64,000 nt of DNA from positions 46,562,001 through 46,626,000 of the forward strand of contig OX597820.1 of the NCBI GenBank assembly GCA_951406725.2. Direction: 5' to 3'. The notes below the pieces were generated by a model that worked only from the letters and a program-made list of their open reading frames with translations, was not told the DNA's origin and did no database searches. The translations under genes and the position numbers were made by a program. Source of the stretch: Octopus vulgaris (lineage: Eukaryota). This document shows, piece by piece, positions 40,027 to 53,511 of this stretch (position 1 is the stretch's first letter; every line of letters starts with the position of its first letter).

Positions 40027-40808
40027 CTGTGTATACTAGAATAATAGTTGATCTTATGTAAAAGTCAACCCTTATTTTTGGCCAAAAATTGGGAATTTTC
40101 TATAGATTCTGTATAAAAGTCAACCCTAGTATTTCATGAACAACAGGACAATATTTGCAGGCCAAGGTACCATATTATCCTGCACATAGAAATAACACTG
40201 TTACAAATTTGTGTGGCTACCTTTGTAGGTGAAATGCTTGGTGCTAATAATGTAATGCTCAGTGCTTACAATAAAACACCATTTAATACCGAGCACTACA
40301 CATCTGTTGATGGGCACCGTATTACCATTACTAAAATGTATGCACAGGATATGTTGCAAACCGGCGTACATCTTGAAGCACAATAAACACATGCATCATA
40401 CGCTCGTTGTTTACATGGTGGGAAACATGTTTCATAGATTGCACAATTGTCAAACAATAGCAAATCTCACTGTCTGAATTTGCACAAAGGCATGACTTTG
40501 ATAAGCCTACACCACATTATTGACATTTACTGGTAACTGCACATGAGAGCTACACAGTCTTGTTAATGGGTTTCGCTATTTACTAGGACACATGTTTTGA
40601 TGCATAGAATTGGTAATATTACTGTAATCCATTATGTTTTTGTTTTTATTTGCTGAGATATCAGTTAGGTTTCTGCTGCTGATATGGTACTTTGGATTCT
40701 AACTTGGATTTTGGCCCCTCAAAAGTAATATCCGTGTAATAGTCAACCCCATAAATTTGACCTTAAAAAATGGTCTAAAAGATTTGACTTTTACACGACT
40801 ATACATGG
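40027..40808. mobile_element. Older pogo/Tigger-type non-autonomous element
   Basis: Degenerate TIRs ctgtgtatact…/…actatacatgg flanked by TA; repeated aagtcaaccc subterminal motifs. Confidence 0.55.
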
Positions 40809-40866
<58 letters not shown>

Positions 40867-41460
40867 TACACACACATATAAATCTGAGAGCAGAATAAAA
40901 GAGATTTAGTTTATCTTTCTACTACATTAAAAATTACATAACCTATACACGTGTTTCACTAGCAAATACTAGTATGTTATGAAGTAATTGTTATATAGAT
41001 GATTGCATAATCACATTGGAAAGAATTAAATTACTGTTTTCTTCTAAAGATCTAATGTCAATAAATTATCATAGATATCTGTCAAATTCTGAAATATGAC
41101 CTATTTGACCACATTTAAATTTATTTCAGGATGGCCACATGCTAAAAAAGAACAACAGAATTACTGCTAATTAGGGAGTCAAAACTGCTTCTAATTGAAG
41201 ATAAGGAAAATAGTGCCCTATTTGGCTGATAGAGGATGATTTCTGAAATAGGGAATTAGTCATAGCAGAACTTATTAAGGACTTGAGCGAGGCACAGATA
41301 TAGCTTTTCACTTGATTCCACTGAGTGGCCAACCTTATGGCAAGTAATTGCATTTGCAGATCAATCCAATCCATGTATTGCATGGCAAGAACTATTGTCA
41401 AAGCACAAATAATTAAAAGGAACAATGAAACACAGAAATAAGGATAAAAGGATATCTCAC

Positions 41461-41628
41461 CGACATTGTTTTGAGCAAAGTGATGTCAGAAGGTTTCAAT
41501 GTGTTGAGGGCATGAATAGCAGACTCCAATGCAGGAATTGCTTCCGCCAAGTCACTTTCACACTCATCTTTGATAGCCTGGGAGGCTGCAGCTGCCTCAT
41601 TAGCAATTGCTTCATCAGCAGCAACGAC
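41461..41628 (-). CDS. DNAH3: Dynein heavy chain exon, stalk CC1 into MTBD
   Basis: VVAADEAIANEAAAASQAIKDECESDLAEAIPALESAIHALNTLKPSDITLLKTMS; cag/gtgag. Confidence 0.93.
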
Positions 41629-42548
41629 CTGTAACAGATGATCACCATGGTAACTAATAACAACACTGATTGACTTCAAATAAATTCTTTACTAGAGATA
41701 TGGAGAAATATTAAAACTTTGGTACCATTACTATTACTACTACCACTACTATTACACAATGCTATTGCAGCTCTTACCGTCACTACATTCTCACGACTAC
41801 TACTACAACAATACTTTTATTACCACTCTTAATAACACCACTACCGTCGCTATACTACTGTTATTACCATTCCTTCATATACATCAACCATACTACTACC
41901 ACACCAACCACTACTACAACTGTTTGACATTGAATTATTGTAACATTGATTATCTTCCTTGTATTGTTCTTCTTGCCATCTTCCTTACTAGCATCTCTTG
42001 CTTAAAAGCCATCTGCTCAAAAGACAACTGATAACTGTCTAGTTCTCAGCTTAAGAAATGGGGAAATAAATTATTTTGCCCAAGAAACCCTGAGTAGTGG
42101 TATTTAACAAGATTTGTGGTTTTTATTATAACACTATATATTGGAATGTAAAAAGCACCATCTGTACGTGGTTGATGCCAGCACCATATTGACTGGTTTC
42201 CGTGCTGGTGGCACGTAAAAAGCACCAACCGATCGTGGCCGTTGCCAGCCTCCCCTAGCACCTGTGCTGGTGGCACGTAAAAAGCACCCACTACACTCAC
42301 AGAGTGGTTGGCGTTAGGAAGGGCATCCAGCTGTAGAAACAGTGCCAGATCAGATTGGAGCCTGGTGCAGCCTCCTGGCTTCCCAGACCCTGGTCAAACC
42401 ATCCAACCCATGCTAGCATGGAAAACAGACGTTAAACGATGATGATGATGATATATATATATATATATATCAAAGTGAAGTTGTAAGGTACTGCACAAGT
42501 GGAAATATATAAGAAAGAAGGTTTGAAAATGCAATTTTAAAGATGTTT

Positions 42549-42598
42549 ATTCACTTGACCAGTTTCACTTTTTTAGAAAAAGATTGTCAAAAGTAAAA
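42549..42598 (-). ncRNA. Candidate minimal type I hammerhead ribozyme (UUGACAA core, GUC triplet)
   Basis: ttttactt TTGACAA t cttttt-cta-aaaaag t GAA ACTGGT C aagtgaa; stems I, II and III all pair by eye. Confidence 0.5.
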
Positions 42599-43286
42599 TG
42601 TAAAGCATTGTATAAGCTTTGTTGTGTTAAATACTGGTTGTCACAAAAGTATAAAAAAAGAAATATACATTCTTTGATATAGATACTACCAAACAAACAT
42701 GATTTTTTTAGTGAACTCCTAATACTTTTTGTTGAATATTTTCTTAAATACTTTCTTGTAAACTGTTTTTAACATTTTCTTATTATCAAAGAATGTATAT
42801 ATGTATCTTAATACTTTTGTGATAACTAGTAATTAACACAACAAAGCTTAATTCAAAGTCTTATTCCTTAAGCCTGCAATTGTCGGCTACACCGACCACA
42901 TAATAACTACTATATCACACTATGACAATCCTACCACTCTATGATGACAGCCTCTACTCACTATGACAATTTTAATCAGCTATGAGGTACTGCTCTCATA
43001 TCTGGGATAATTTAACACTTTTCATAACTTATAATTATTTGCCATTATTGTCTGCATGATAATTTGTCAGATATAGAAGTGGGAAGTGATCTGAAACACC
43101 ACATAAAAATTTTAAAAATTAAAATTTAACATGGCAATTTTAATTTCTACCTTCAAAACTATATTTCTGAAAAATTTCTCTAAAACATATTCATTTTAAA
43201 GAAAGTTATGAGGAAACAAATTCAGGGGCGGAGAGGCACATTGTTGTAATTATGCCACTATAGTTATATCCAGTAGCAATACTGAC

Positions 43287-43572
43287 CTCCTTTTTGGCCT
43301 CAACTTCCACAGTATCCTGCTCAATTTTCACCATAAGTTTCTCAGTATCTTCAGATGTCTTTATTAGTTCTGGTTGCAACTCAGTCAGTTCCTGCTGCAT
43401 TATAGACACTTGTGAAGCAGCAAATTGAAGCTGCTCCAAACCAGTTAGATAACGGGTCTTCATTGTTAGGATCTCAGTTCGTTTTGATGTCAAAAGATTT
43501 TTGAAGGTCATGATTAACTCCAAGTACGATGTTGGGGTGACATAATTGTGTCGTCGTAAGATTTCGTAATAG
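43287..43572 (-). CDS. DNAH3: Dynein heavy chain exon, start of stalk coiled coil
   Basis: YYEILRRHNYVTPTSYLELIMTFKNLL...IEQDTVEVEAKKE; aag acceptor after a pyrimidine tract, gtcag donor. Confidence 0.92.
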
Positions 43573-44647
43573 CTTTGGGCGGAAGTTAAAAAAGAAAAAA
43601 AGGACAGGTTGAGGTTTAATCCATTTAATCAAAAATGATGAGAGCTGGCACTTGGTTATGTCCCATAACATTCTGAGTTCAAATTCCACATTGGATGACT
43701 TTAACATTCACCCTTTGAGGTTTATAAAATAAGAGCTAGCTAACTACAGGGGTGTATGTAATTGACTATACTACTGAAAGTGTTGGCCCTTTAGTTTGCC
43801 GCATTTAGTAGGGCTATAGTAGAAGACACTCGCTCAAGGTGCCATGCAGTGGGACAGAACCTGAAACCATGCGGTTACAAAGCAAACTTCTTAACCACTC
43901 ACTTCCTTTGACATGGCTGAACAATCAAGCCCAACCAGTCAGGATTCACAGGATGAATTCTGAATATAAAATGTAGCTCACAAGACCTCCATCCAGGTGA
44001 TTTTCTTGAGCCACCATCTCACCTTCATACACCAATCCATTACAAGGTAACCCAGTTACAGCTGAGAGGACCAGAGCAACATGAAATGAAGTATTTTGCT
44101 CAACGACACAATGTGTAACTGGTCTGGGAGTTGAAACTATAATCTCACGCTCGTGAGTGCAACACTCTAACCACTGAGCCACATGACTTTTTTAACCACA
44201 CTGCTATGCTCACATGTAAATATGGTTTATTAATCAAAGAGTGAACAGTAAATTTGCATTTATATTTTTAAAACGTAAAAAGCACCATCCGAATCAAAGC
44301 CGAAGCCAATGCCGCCTCAACTGGCTTCCGTGCAGGTGGCACATAAAATGCACCAATCCGACCATGGCCGATGCCAGCCTCGCCTGGCACCAGTGCAGGT
44401 GGCACGTAAAAAGCACCCACTACACTCACGGAGTGGTTGGCGTTAGGAAGGGCATCCAGCTGTAGAAACATTGCCAGATAAGACCGGAGCCTGGTGCAGC
44501 CTTCTGGCTTCCCAGATCCCCGGTCGAACCGTCCAACCCATGCTAGCATGGAGAACGGACGTTAAACGATGATGATGATGATGATGAAAACAAAGTGAAA
44601 GAAATATTATGATTGCTTTTATGTCTTTCATTAATAATGATGATAAT

Positions 44648-44653
<6 letters not shown>

Positions 44654-44716
<63 letters not shown>

Positions 44717-44731
44717 TAATAATAATAATAA
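44654..44731. repeat. (AAT)n microsatellite; others at 45990-46111, 61542-61612, 61868-61943
   Basis: Direct reading. Confidence 0.95.
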
Positions 44732-45699
44732 TTGTCTTGGTATAAAAGATGGGCTACAGCAAATATTCTGCTCAATACCACAGATTTGCTTGTCAGTTGT
44801 TTGACCTTAACCAGTTGACCATGTCCCTTGGTGTCTGATGATATGTGCAACTCTGATCACAAGCAGAAGTAGTCGGGGAGCATCATAGCCGTGTGTTGAA
44901 AGGAATTCTTAGAGGTTTGAATAATTCACCTTTGGAAACATGGGTGGCTCATTCAACATACTTAAACAATCTTTATTCAGGGACCTTTTGAGTAGGATTG
45001 GCTACTCGACCAGAAGAAAATTCTAACTGGGCCCCACCTGCAAGGTCATGCACTGTTTATCTTGATATGAGATCACTATGTCACGCACATATGGTTGTGA
45101 TGCATTGTGCCTGGTGTACCCTTATCAGATGGGTAGTCATGATGGGTATACAGGGCCTTATATATTTTACCCCAGTGTCACTTTGATGGCATACACTGCT
45201 CTCTCAATCAATAATAATAATGATAATAATAATAACAATAATAATAAGGCCTGAAATTTCAGTGGGGAGGGAGTCAGTTGCTTACAATGATCCAGTGCAT
45301 AACTGGTACTTTTCTCATCAACTCTGAAAGGATGAAAGGCAAAGTTGACCTTGGTAGAATCTGAACTCAGAACGTAAAGATGTGCAAAATACCACTAAGC
45401 ATTTTGCCTGGTGCAATAACCATTCTACCAGCTCATCACTTTATTATTAATAATGATGATGATGATGATAATGGTTTCAAATTCTGGTACAAGGTCAGCA
45501 AGTTTGGGGGAGGGGGTAAGTGGATTATATCAACCCAAGTACTCGGCTGGTACTTATTTTATCAACCCCAAAAGCTTGAAAGGTAAAGTTGGTTACAGCA
45601 GAATTTGAACTCAGAACGTCAAGACAGACAAAATACTGCTAAGCATTTTGCCCAGCATGCTGATGATTCTGTCAGCTCACCACCTTAATAATAATAATC

Positions 45700-45730
<31 letters not shown>

Positions 45731-45988
45731 TAATAATAATGATGATGATGATGATGATAATAATAATATTAATCCTTTCTACTATAGGCACAAGGCCTGA
45801 AATTCTGGGGTAGGGAGGGGCTATTTGATTTCACCGACTCCAGTGCATAACTGGTACTTAAATTATCAACACCGAAAGGATGAAATGTCAAGTTGACCCC
45901 AGTGACATTTGAACTCAGAACATGGAGACAGACAAAATACTAATAATCATTTCGCCTGGAGTGCTAACAATTCTGCCAGCTCGCCACC

Positions 45989-46058
<70 letters not shown>

Positions 46059-46070
46059 TGATAATGATAA

Positions 46071-46115
<45 letters not shown>

Positions 46116-46559
46116 ACTCATTGTACATAGCGCTCAGGTGCACTACAACTTATCAGAGAAAGTAGCCAAAACTGCATGAACGGTACGTAAAATATGCACA
46201 GGAAGTGAACAGTGAATAAGCCTTTAAAAAAATGATTACTTTTATAAACAAAAATAGTAGAAAGCCCATTATATTGAAGCTTTGTTAACCTTTTAGTATT
46301 CAGATTACTTTGTCAAATGTAATGCTTTTTTATTCACATTGTTTTGAATCAATCATGCATTATCTCATAGCTTCAAGCTTTTGATGATGTGATTGTTTAT
46401 TTTTATATTTGACATTGTAGGGTAGGTGTGAGAGGTTAGATCTGTCTAGTCTGAACATAAAACAAATTGAATACTTGGGCCAGATATGGTCAGTTTAAAT
46501 GCTAAAGGGGTAAGGATTAATATGATATAATGATGAAAGAAATTGTTGTATACAGTGTT

Positions 46560-46860
46560 CAGGTGCACAACTGAAAACGAAAAAAAGAAAGGCCATCAGG
46601 TGCACTGTTGGTAGATTTCAGGACACACAAAAGTTTTGAAGGATGTAGTGTCTTGACAGCTAACATCTGATGCAGGTAGTTTATTCCATCCTTCAGCAAT
46701 TCTGAGCATGAAAAAATGTTTCCAAAAGTAATGGGTGCTGTGATGTTTTTTGATTTTATAAGCATGTCTGCGAGTGTTTGTCATAAGAAATTCAAAAAGG
46801 TACCCAAGGTCATTGTTGGGAAGATGGTGGATAATCTTGTGGGTGCCTACCAAGTGGCTT
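46560..46860 (-). mobile_element. CR1-like LINE 3' remnant
   Basis: TRRHAYKIKK…KHFFMLRIAEGWNKLP resembles the CR1 ORF2 terminal motif. Confidence 0.7.
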
Positions 46861-47060
46861 AATATGACCACATTCTACTTAACCTAAAAATGTAAACATA
46901 GGTGCAGGAGTGGCTATGTGGTAAATAGTTTGCTAACCAACCACATGGTTCCGAGTTCAGTCCCACTGCGTGGCATCTTGGGCAAGTGTCTTCTGCTATA
47001 GCCCCGGGCCGACCAATGCCTTGTGAGTGGATTTGGTAGACGGAAACTGAAAGAAGCCTG

Positions 47061-47114
<54 letters not shown>

Positions 47115-47815
47115 ATGTGTGTGTGTTTGTGTGTTTGTCCCCCTAGCATTGCTTGACAACCGATGCTGGTGTGTTTACGTCCCCGTCACTTAGCGGTTCG
47201 GCAAAACAGACCGATAGAATAAGTACTGGGCTTACAAAGAATAAGTCCCGGGGTCGATTTGCTCGACTAAAGGCGGTGCTCTAGCATGGCCGCAGTCAAA
47301 TGACTGAAACAAGTAAAAGAGTAAAAGAGTAATATATTCTCACTATTCACTTGTAGGTCAGTCTAACAATAAATTTTAGGTTTACTATATTGATTAGGAG
47401 GGAGGGGAAGGAGAAAGGAAGGGAGGGAGGGAGGGAGAAGAAAGAAAATAAAGAGAATAGAAAGACAAAAAGGAAGAAGGATTTTTATTTAATAAGGTAA
47501 AACAGCAATATGATCCGAGGTTCAGTCCCACTGTGTAGAAACTCGAGCCACTATTTCGTTTTCATATGCCAAGTTACCTAGTTACAGCTGAGTGGACTGG
47601 AGCAACATGAAATGAAGTGTTTTGCTCAACGACACAATGCATAACTGGTCTGGGAATTGAAACTATGATCTCACACTCATTCTACTTATTCTTTGTAGGC
47701 CCAGTACTTATTCTATCGGTCTCTTTTGCCAAACCGCTAAGTGACGGGGATGTAAACACATCAGCATCAGTTGTCAAGCAATGCTAGGGGGACAAACACA
47801 CAAACACACACACAT

Positions 47816-47867
<52 letters not shown>

Positions 47868-47973
47868 GACAGGCTTCTTTCAGTTTCCGTCTACCAAATC
47901 CACTCACAAGGCCTTGGGCCAAACAAAACCCTGTGAGTGGATTTGGTAGACAGAAACTCAAAGAAGCCCAATG

Positions 47974-48007
<34 letters not shown>

Positions 48008-48439
48008 TGTCTGTATTTGTCCCCAACTACTGCTTGACAACTGGTGTTGGTGCGTATATATCCTCGTAACTTAGTGGTTCAGCAAAAACAGATCATTAGA
48101 ATAAGTTCTAAACTTTAAAGAAAATAAGCCCTGGAGTTAAATCTTTAAGATGGTGCCCCCAGCATGGCCACAGTCTAATAACTGAACCAAGAAAAAGATA
48201 AAAGATACGTATTCAAGAATGTTAGTGATGCTAGATGTTTGAGCTCAAAGTGGGGTCATGCATCATGTAGTTTCATGAGTGGGAACAATATAAGATGTCT
48301 GTGTACTCAGCTTCTCAAAGTTTATATTCTATCACCTGAGATCAATTTCAATTACAACTTTTAGCAGATTTTATCAAAAGTGATTTACAGCTAAGTGCAT
48401 AAAGTTGTTAACCAATCAATGGATCTTGGCATCATCTAC

Positions 48440-48880
48440 TGAATCCTTATGTAAAAATACCTATACTGAAGGGGTAGAATAGCTCTAGGCTTCAATAGGG
48501 AAAGCGCTCACAAGGCGGCCAGAAGAAGTGCTTTAAGGACACACTGAAAACCTCACTGAAAGCCTTCAACATCGACCATGACACTTGAGAGCAATCTGCT
48601 CTAGACAGAGAAGGGTGGTGATCAGCTGTCCACAAGGGTGCCAACACATGCGAGACCAATAGGATCGCTGCTGCAGAAGACCGCAGACAAGCCAGGAAGA
48701 ACAGAGCTAACAACTCTGGAAGAACAGAGCTAACAACCCTGTAGCAGGCGCTACCATTCCCTGTCTACACTGTCAAAGACTCTTTCAGGCACAGATTGGC
48801 CTCACTAGCCATCTGCAAACTCACAAAACAAGCTCACCCCCACCCCAGAATGATTAGGTGGTTTTCGTTGCATCGACGGA
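48440..48880 (+). mobile_element. RTE/BovB-like LINE 3' remnant
   Basis: GKRSQGGQKKCFKDTLKTSLK…DREGW; terminal CxxC…SHLQTH zinc-finger-like motif; in-frame stops. Confidence 0.75.
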
Positions 48881-49518
48881 CAAACAACACACACAGCTTC
48901 TGTGTATATTTTATAAAGGAATTGTTGCATGCGATGCAAGAACATGCAAACCATAAGTAAACAATGTAAAAGAAAAAGAGATATGGAAAGCTACTACTAG
49001 CACTCCACTGGTTATGATGAGGGTTCCAGTTAGTCCAATCAATGGAACAGCTTGCTCGTGAAATTAATGTGCAAGTGGCTGAGCACTCTACATACATACA
49101 TACATACCTTTAATGTCGTTCTCAGGGAGATTCAGCATGACACAGAATACGACAAGGCTAGCCTATTGAATTACAGGTACAACTCATTTTTGCCAGCTGA
49201 GTGGAATGGAGCCATGTGAAATAAAGTGTCTTGCTCAAGGACACAACACAGCTCAACCCAGGAATCAAATCTATGACCATACGATTGTAAGCTGATTACC
49301 CTGACCACTAAACCACATGCCTTCATTAACATGGAAAACATTACAACCTTAATTAGCTGCTTTCAGCAATGATTAAATGAGGTTACAAGTTTATCCTTAG
49401 TGAACCACTAAAATGGTGAATCAAAAAAGCTTAAAAAAGGAAATACACTAAAAGCCCATCAATTTCCAAGGTAAAGCAGAAGGGTATAGGATGAGAATGG
49501 AAAAAAGTTGTTACTCAC

Positions 49519-49652
49519 TTCTCGGACATTAGACGAACTGATTCATGGAAATGTTTGCACATCACAACACATTCATGCTTGGTAGATTCATCCATTTCAG
49601 TTTCCTCCAGAAATTTGTTGGCAACCATCTCCAGAGCATCTGGAGGCCAAGC
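49519..49652 (-). CDS. DNAH3: Dynein heavy chain exon
   Basis: AWPPDALEMVANKFLEETEMDESTKHECVVMCKHFHESVRLMSE; tag/gtgag. Confidence 0.92.
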
Positions 49653-49894
49653 CTATAAAGATAAGCTCTTAATATATAGAACTGTTGGTGGCAAAACTGT
49701 TAGCATGTCAGACAAAATACTTAATGGCATTTCGTCAGTTTTTACTTTTGGAATTCAAATTCTGCCAGAGTTGACTTCACCTTTTATCCTTTCACAGTTG
49801 ATAAAATAAAGTACCCATTGAGCACTACATCATACAGCAGATTATAATAGTGTTGATGTATGTATGCCCCGGACATGTACACCCTGGACATGTA

Positions 49895-50550
49895 TGCTCA
49901 GGATGAAACATGGGCCCTTCACAATGATCCTGAGACTAAAGTCCAGCTGAAGCAATGGAAACATAACCCACCACCTCCAAAGAATGCTTGTTTCCAACCA
50001 TCAGCAGGCAAGGTGATGCTCACAGTCTTTTGGGACTAGCACATAGTAATGATGATGGATTTTCTGGCAAAGAGCACCACAAATATTATGTGTCTTTGTT
50101 GCAGAAATTGTGGGACACCATCAAAGCAGAGAGATATGGTATGCTGACCAAAGAAGTCTGCCTCCTCCAAGACAACACCCGAGTTCACAATGTGTGAGTT
50201 GCCCGGATGAAAGTGTACTCGTGCAGCTATGAAATCCTTCCTCATTCCCCTTACTTTCCCAACCTTGTACCATCTGACTTCCACCTCTTTTCAACCATGA
50301 AGTCTTTTTTGAAGGGGAAGCACTTTGCAGATGATGATGAACTTATTTCCAAGGTAAAGTCTTGGCTCCAGACATAACCTACTGACTTCTATAGACGAGG
50401 TCTTCACAGCTGCATAAAGTGATAGGATAAGTGTGTCACCATTGGTGGTGGTCATGCAGAGAAGGACTGAATAATTATGCCGTGTTTTGTTTATCCCAGT
50501 CCTTGGAAAGTGGGTCAGGGGAAATCTTTAATGAACACCCCCCCCATGTA
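49895..50550 (+). mobile_element. Mariner transposase 3' relic
   Basis: DETW…DPETK, KVMLTVFWD, LLQDN and ILPHSPYFPNLVPSDFHLF motifs, with frameshifts. Confidence 0.8.
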
Positions 50551-51104
50551 TGAGTATATATATAAGGTGAGTATATATGGATAAATTCTCAGGTACATTT
50601 CAGGTTTCAACTAACCACATCAAGTAGAAATAAACATAAATAATCACGTAGTATGAGCAATCCCACTGTAATTCTTTTGATGGATAACTCCAGGTTTACT
50701 TCCCTGGATTATGAATATTATCAGAAGTGTAAATTTCAAACAATTACAAAGAATATGGAGACTGGTAAATCTCAAAAGCAGTATAGCTGTGAAAACAGCA
50801 GAGAAAGATTGGGTCTTGTCTCTAAAATACCAACACATTCAGTGCCTTCAAAATTTGTTTATAAAATGTTCTTACATTTGTAAAGCTATTATTTAGCATT
50901 AAAATTGATGGTGATTGTTGGTTAGAGCACGCAGATAGTGTCTGATGGGTACGGGGTTTCACTCCCTGTAGCTGCCTACTGGCAACATTTTTCCATCTTC
51001 TAAGACTAAATACCCAATCTTTCTCTGCTGTTTTCACAGCTATACTGCATTTGAAATTTACTTTATAGCCTGTAAAATAAATAGATATGTATGTGTGTTT
51101 GTGT

Positions 51105-52290
51105 GTGTACAAGATGTCTGAGCAAAATTTGACAGTTTGCATAAAAGGAAAAGAAAACACAATATTCCATCCAAAAATAGAAGTATTTTTTTTTAAGTCA
51201 AAAAAATTCAACTAGACTATGGCTGAGATATAACAATTTACCCAATGTAGCCACCCTCATCTTACACCACAGCCTCAAGTTGGCTCTAGAACTTGCACAT
51301 ACAACCCTCACTGTGTCCTTGGGATGTTCGTTGAGCACTGCCTTGATCTTGATCACCAACTTGGGCTTGGTGTTGCAGGCAAAGCAGTTGGTGTCTTTCT
51401 AAACTATACTCCACACAGTAATTCATGAGGTTACAATCGAAGGAATTAGTAGGGCCAGAAACTGGTGATAGTGAAGTCATAGAAAGTCTTTGACAACCAC
51501 TTCTGACTTTTTCTGGAGGTATGGCAAGGAGTTAAATCCTTCCAGCAGCAGCTCTTTCAAGCCAAAGTCTGACTACAGTATTTAACAGCTTCATGTTGAT
51601 GTCTGAATTGAGCCTAAGGCCCTGTTGAAAGATATTGAATAATATGATGTCACCCTCACAGGAAACACACCCAAAGACCATCACAGTTTGGGGGAATTTA
51701 TTTTCATATGTGGGGCATCACATGGATTGTAGGCAAGCCACCAGTTGTTCTGAAGGTTATGCAACTGATCCTGGCAGAAGTTCTTTTCATCTGAGAAGTA
51801 GATTGTCACCAGCTCAACAGGATACCTCATTTTGTTTGGGAGCTTCTTTGCCTTCATCAAGCAGTTCTCCTTTGCCTTGGCTGTCAGAATTTGTCCCTTG
51901 TACCTCTTGTACAAATGGAAGCAAAGAGCCTCATTCAGAGCCTCCTTTATGATGGAGATGCTAGCAACCATCTATCTCACCAAATCCCAGATTCTCTTGC
52001 TTGGATCTTCCATCGTCTTGTTCTGCAGTTAATGGATGAATTCTGACAGTCAATGAATGAATGCCTGCTATGTCCCTTTTTGCTGCCCATGGCTTTGTAG
52101 TCTCCATTGCAGCTGTCACTGTCACATCTTACAGCCTCTATAGAGCATTGAGCAGCAGCAGTGATATTGACATTTTAATATTAGGCACAAACCACCATGA
52201 TACAGGTAACTCTTTTCTGATATTCTGATGGATTCCAGTCCTCCATGCCAGCTAACTTTTTCTCAGCTACAACTTTATGCTCACTAATGC
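51105..52290 (-). mobile_element. Tc1/mariner (maT-like) transposon relic
   Basis: IYFSDEKNF and a degenerate WPPxSPDLNP motif (PTNSFDCNL). Confidence 0.7.
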
Positions 52291-53343
52291 CATTAACTTT
52301 TCACCAATACATTAAGCTGTTCCTGACAAAAGATGTAAAAAAAAATCATCAAATTTATCTTGAATACCCTCTCTCTCTCTCTCTCTCTGTTTGTATTTTT
52401 ATGTGTATACACACTAGACACGCACACATACACACAGAGGTACAGCCTGCATGGTCTAGTAGTTAAGAGGCCCATTTTGCAATTCACAAGATCCAAGGTT
52501 CAATCTCATTGTGCAGCATCTTGAGCAAGTGTCTTTTGCTACTGTCTTGGGTCAACCTCAGCATTGTGAATGAAACAGGGTCAACAGGGAACTATGTAGA
52601 TGTTTGTTAGATGAATTGCTGCTGTAATTCAAAGGTCTACCCTAGTCACACACTGTTCCACACTGACTCTACTCGAGAATTACATTAAATAGTACACCAA
52701 GGCAGAAAGCTGGGCAAAATGCTTAGTGGTGCTTCGTCTGTCATCATATTCTGAGTTCAAATGCTGCCAGGGTCGACTTTGCTTTTCATCCTTTTGGGGC
52801 CGATATATCAAGTACCAGTTATACATTGGGGTCAATGTAATCGACTGGTCTCCTCACCCAAAATGTCGGGTCTTGTGCCTATAGAAGAAAGGATTAAATA
52901 GTACACCTGTCTGTAGAATACTCAGCCTCTTTATAAATTATTTCAATAAACTGATTGAATGGATGGATGGAGAGATGGATGGCATCAAAGGCTGCTCAGA
53001 AGAATGAATATTTTCCTATATTTGTATGTGCACATACACATAGTTGTATACTGGAAAGAGCATTAGTGAACTATATAAGGTGTGTTTGTGTATACGTCTG
53101 TCTGTCTCTCTCTCTTTGTCCATCTGTCTCTCTCTCCCTCTCTCCCCAAAGATGTGTGTGTGTGTGCTATAGACAACATCTACATCAGTGTTCTGTGTCA
53201 CATGTGAACATGTTTCTATGCACATATGTGTAGGTATGTGGATGCTTAAGAGAGAGCATGTCTGTAAGTGGATGTGTATATGCATGCATATCATACACAG
53301 AATCCCCAGCATTAGTTTATCATGAAAACGAATTGCAACTTAC

Positions 53344-53511
53344 CTTGAACCAATCAATGGTACAACAGTTTATCAATGATGGAAACATACGGAGACGATT
53401 GCGAAAAGCATCTCCGATGGGACTAAGAGTGAGGGCAACATGAAGGTTTACCTTCACTCGATCAATGAAGAAATTATACAGGGCCAATGGTGACGCATCT
53501 ATCTTTCTCCC
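53344..53511 (-). CDS. DNAH3: Dynein heavy chain exon, AAA4
   Basis: GRKIDASPLALYNFFIDRVKVNLHVALTLSPIGDAFRNRLRMFPSLINCCTIDWFK; cag/gtaag. Confidence 0.93.
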
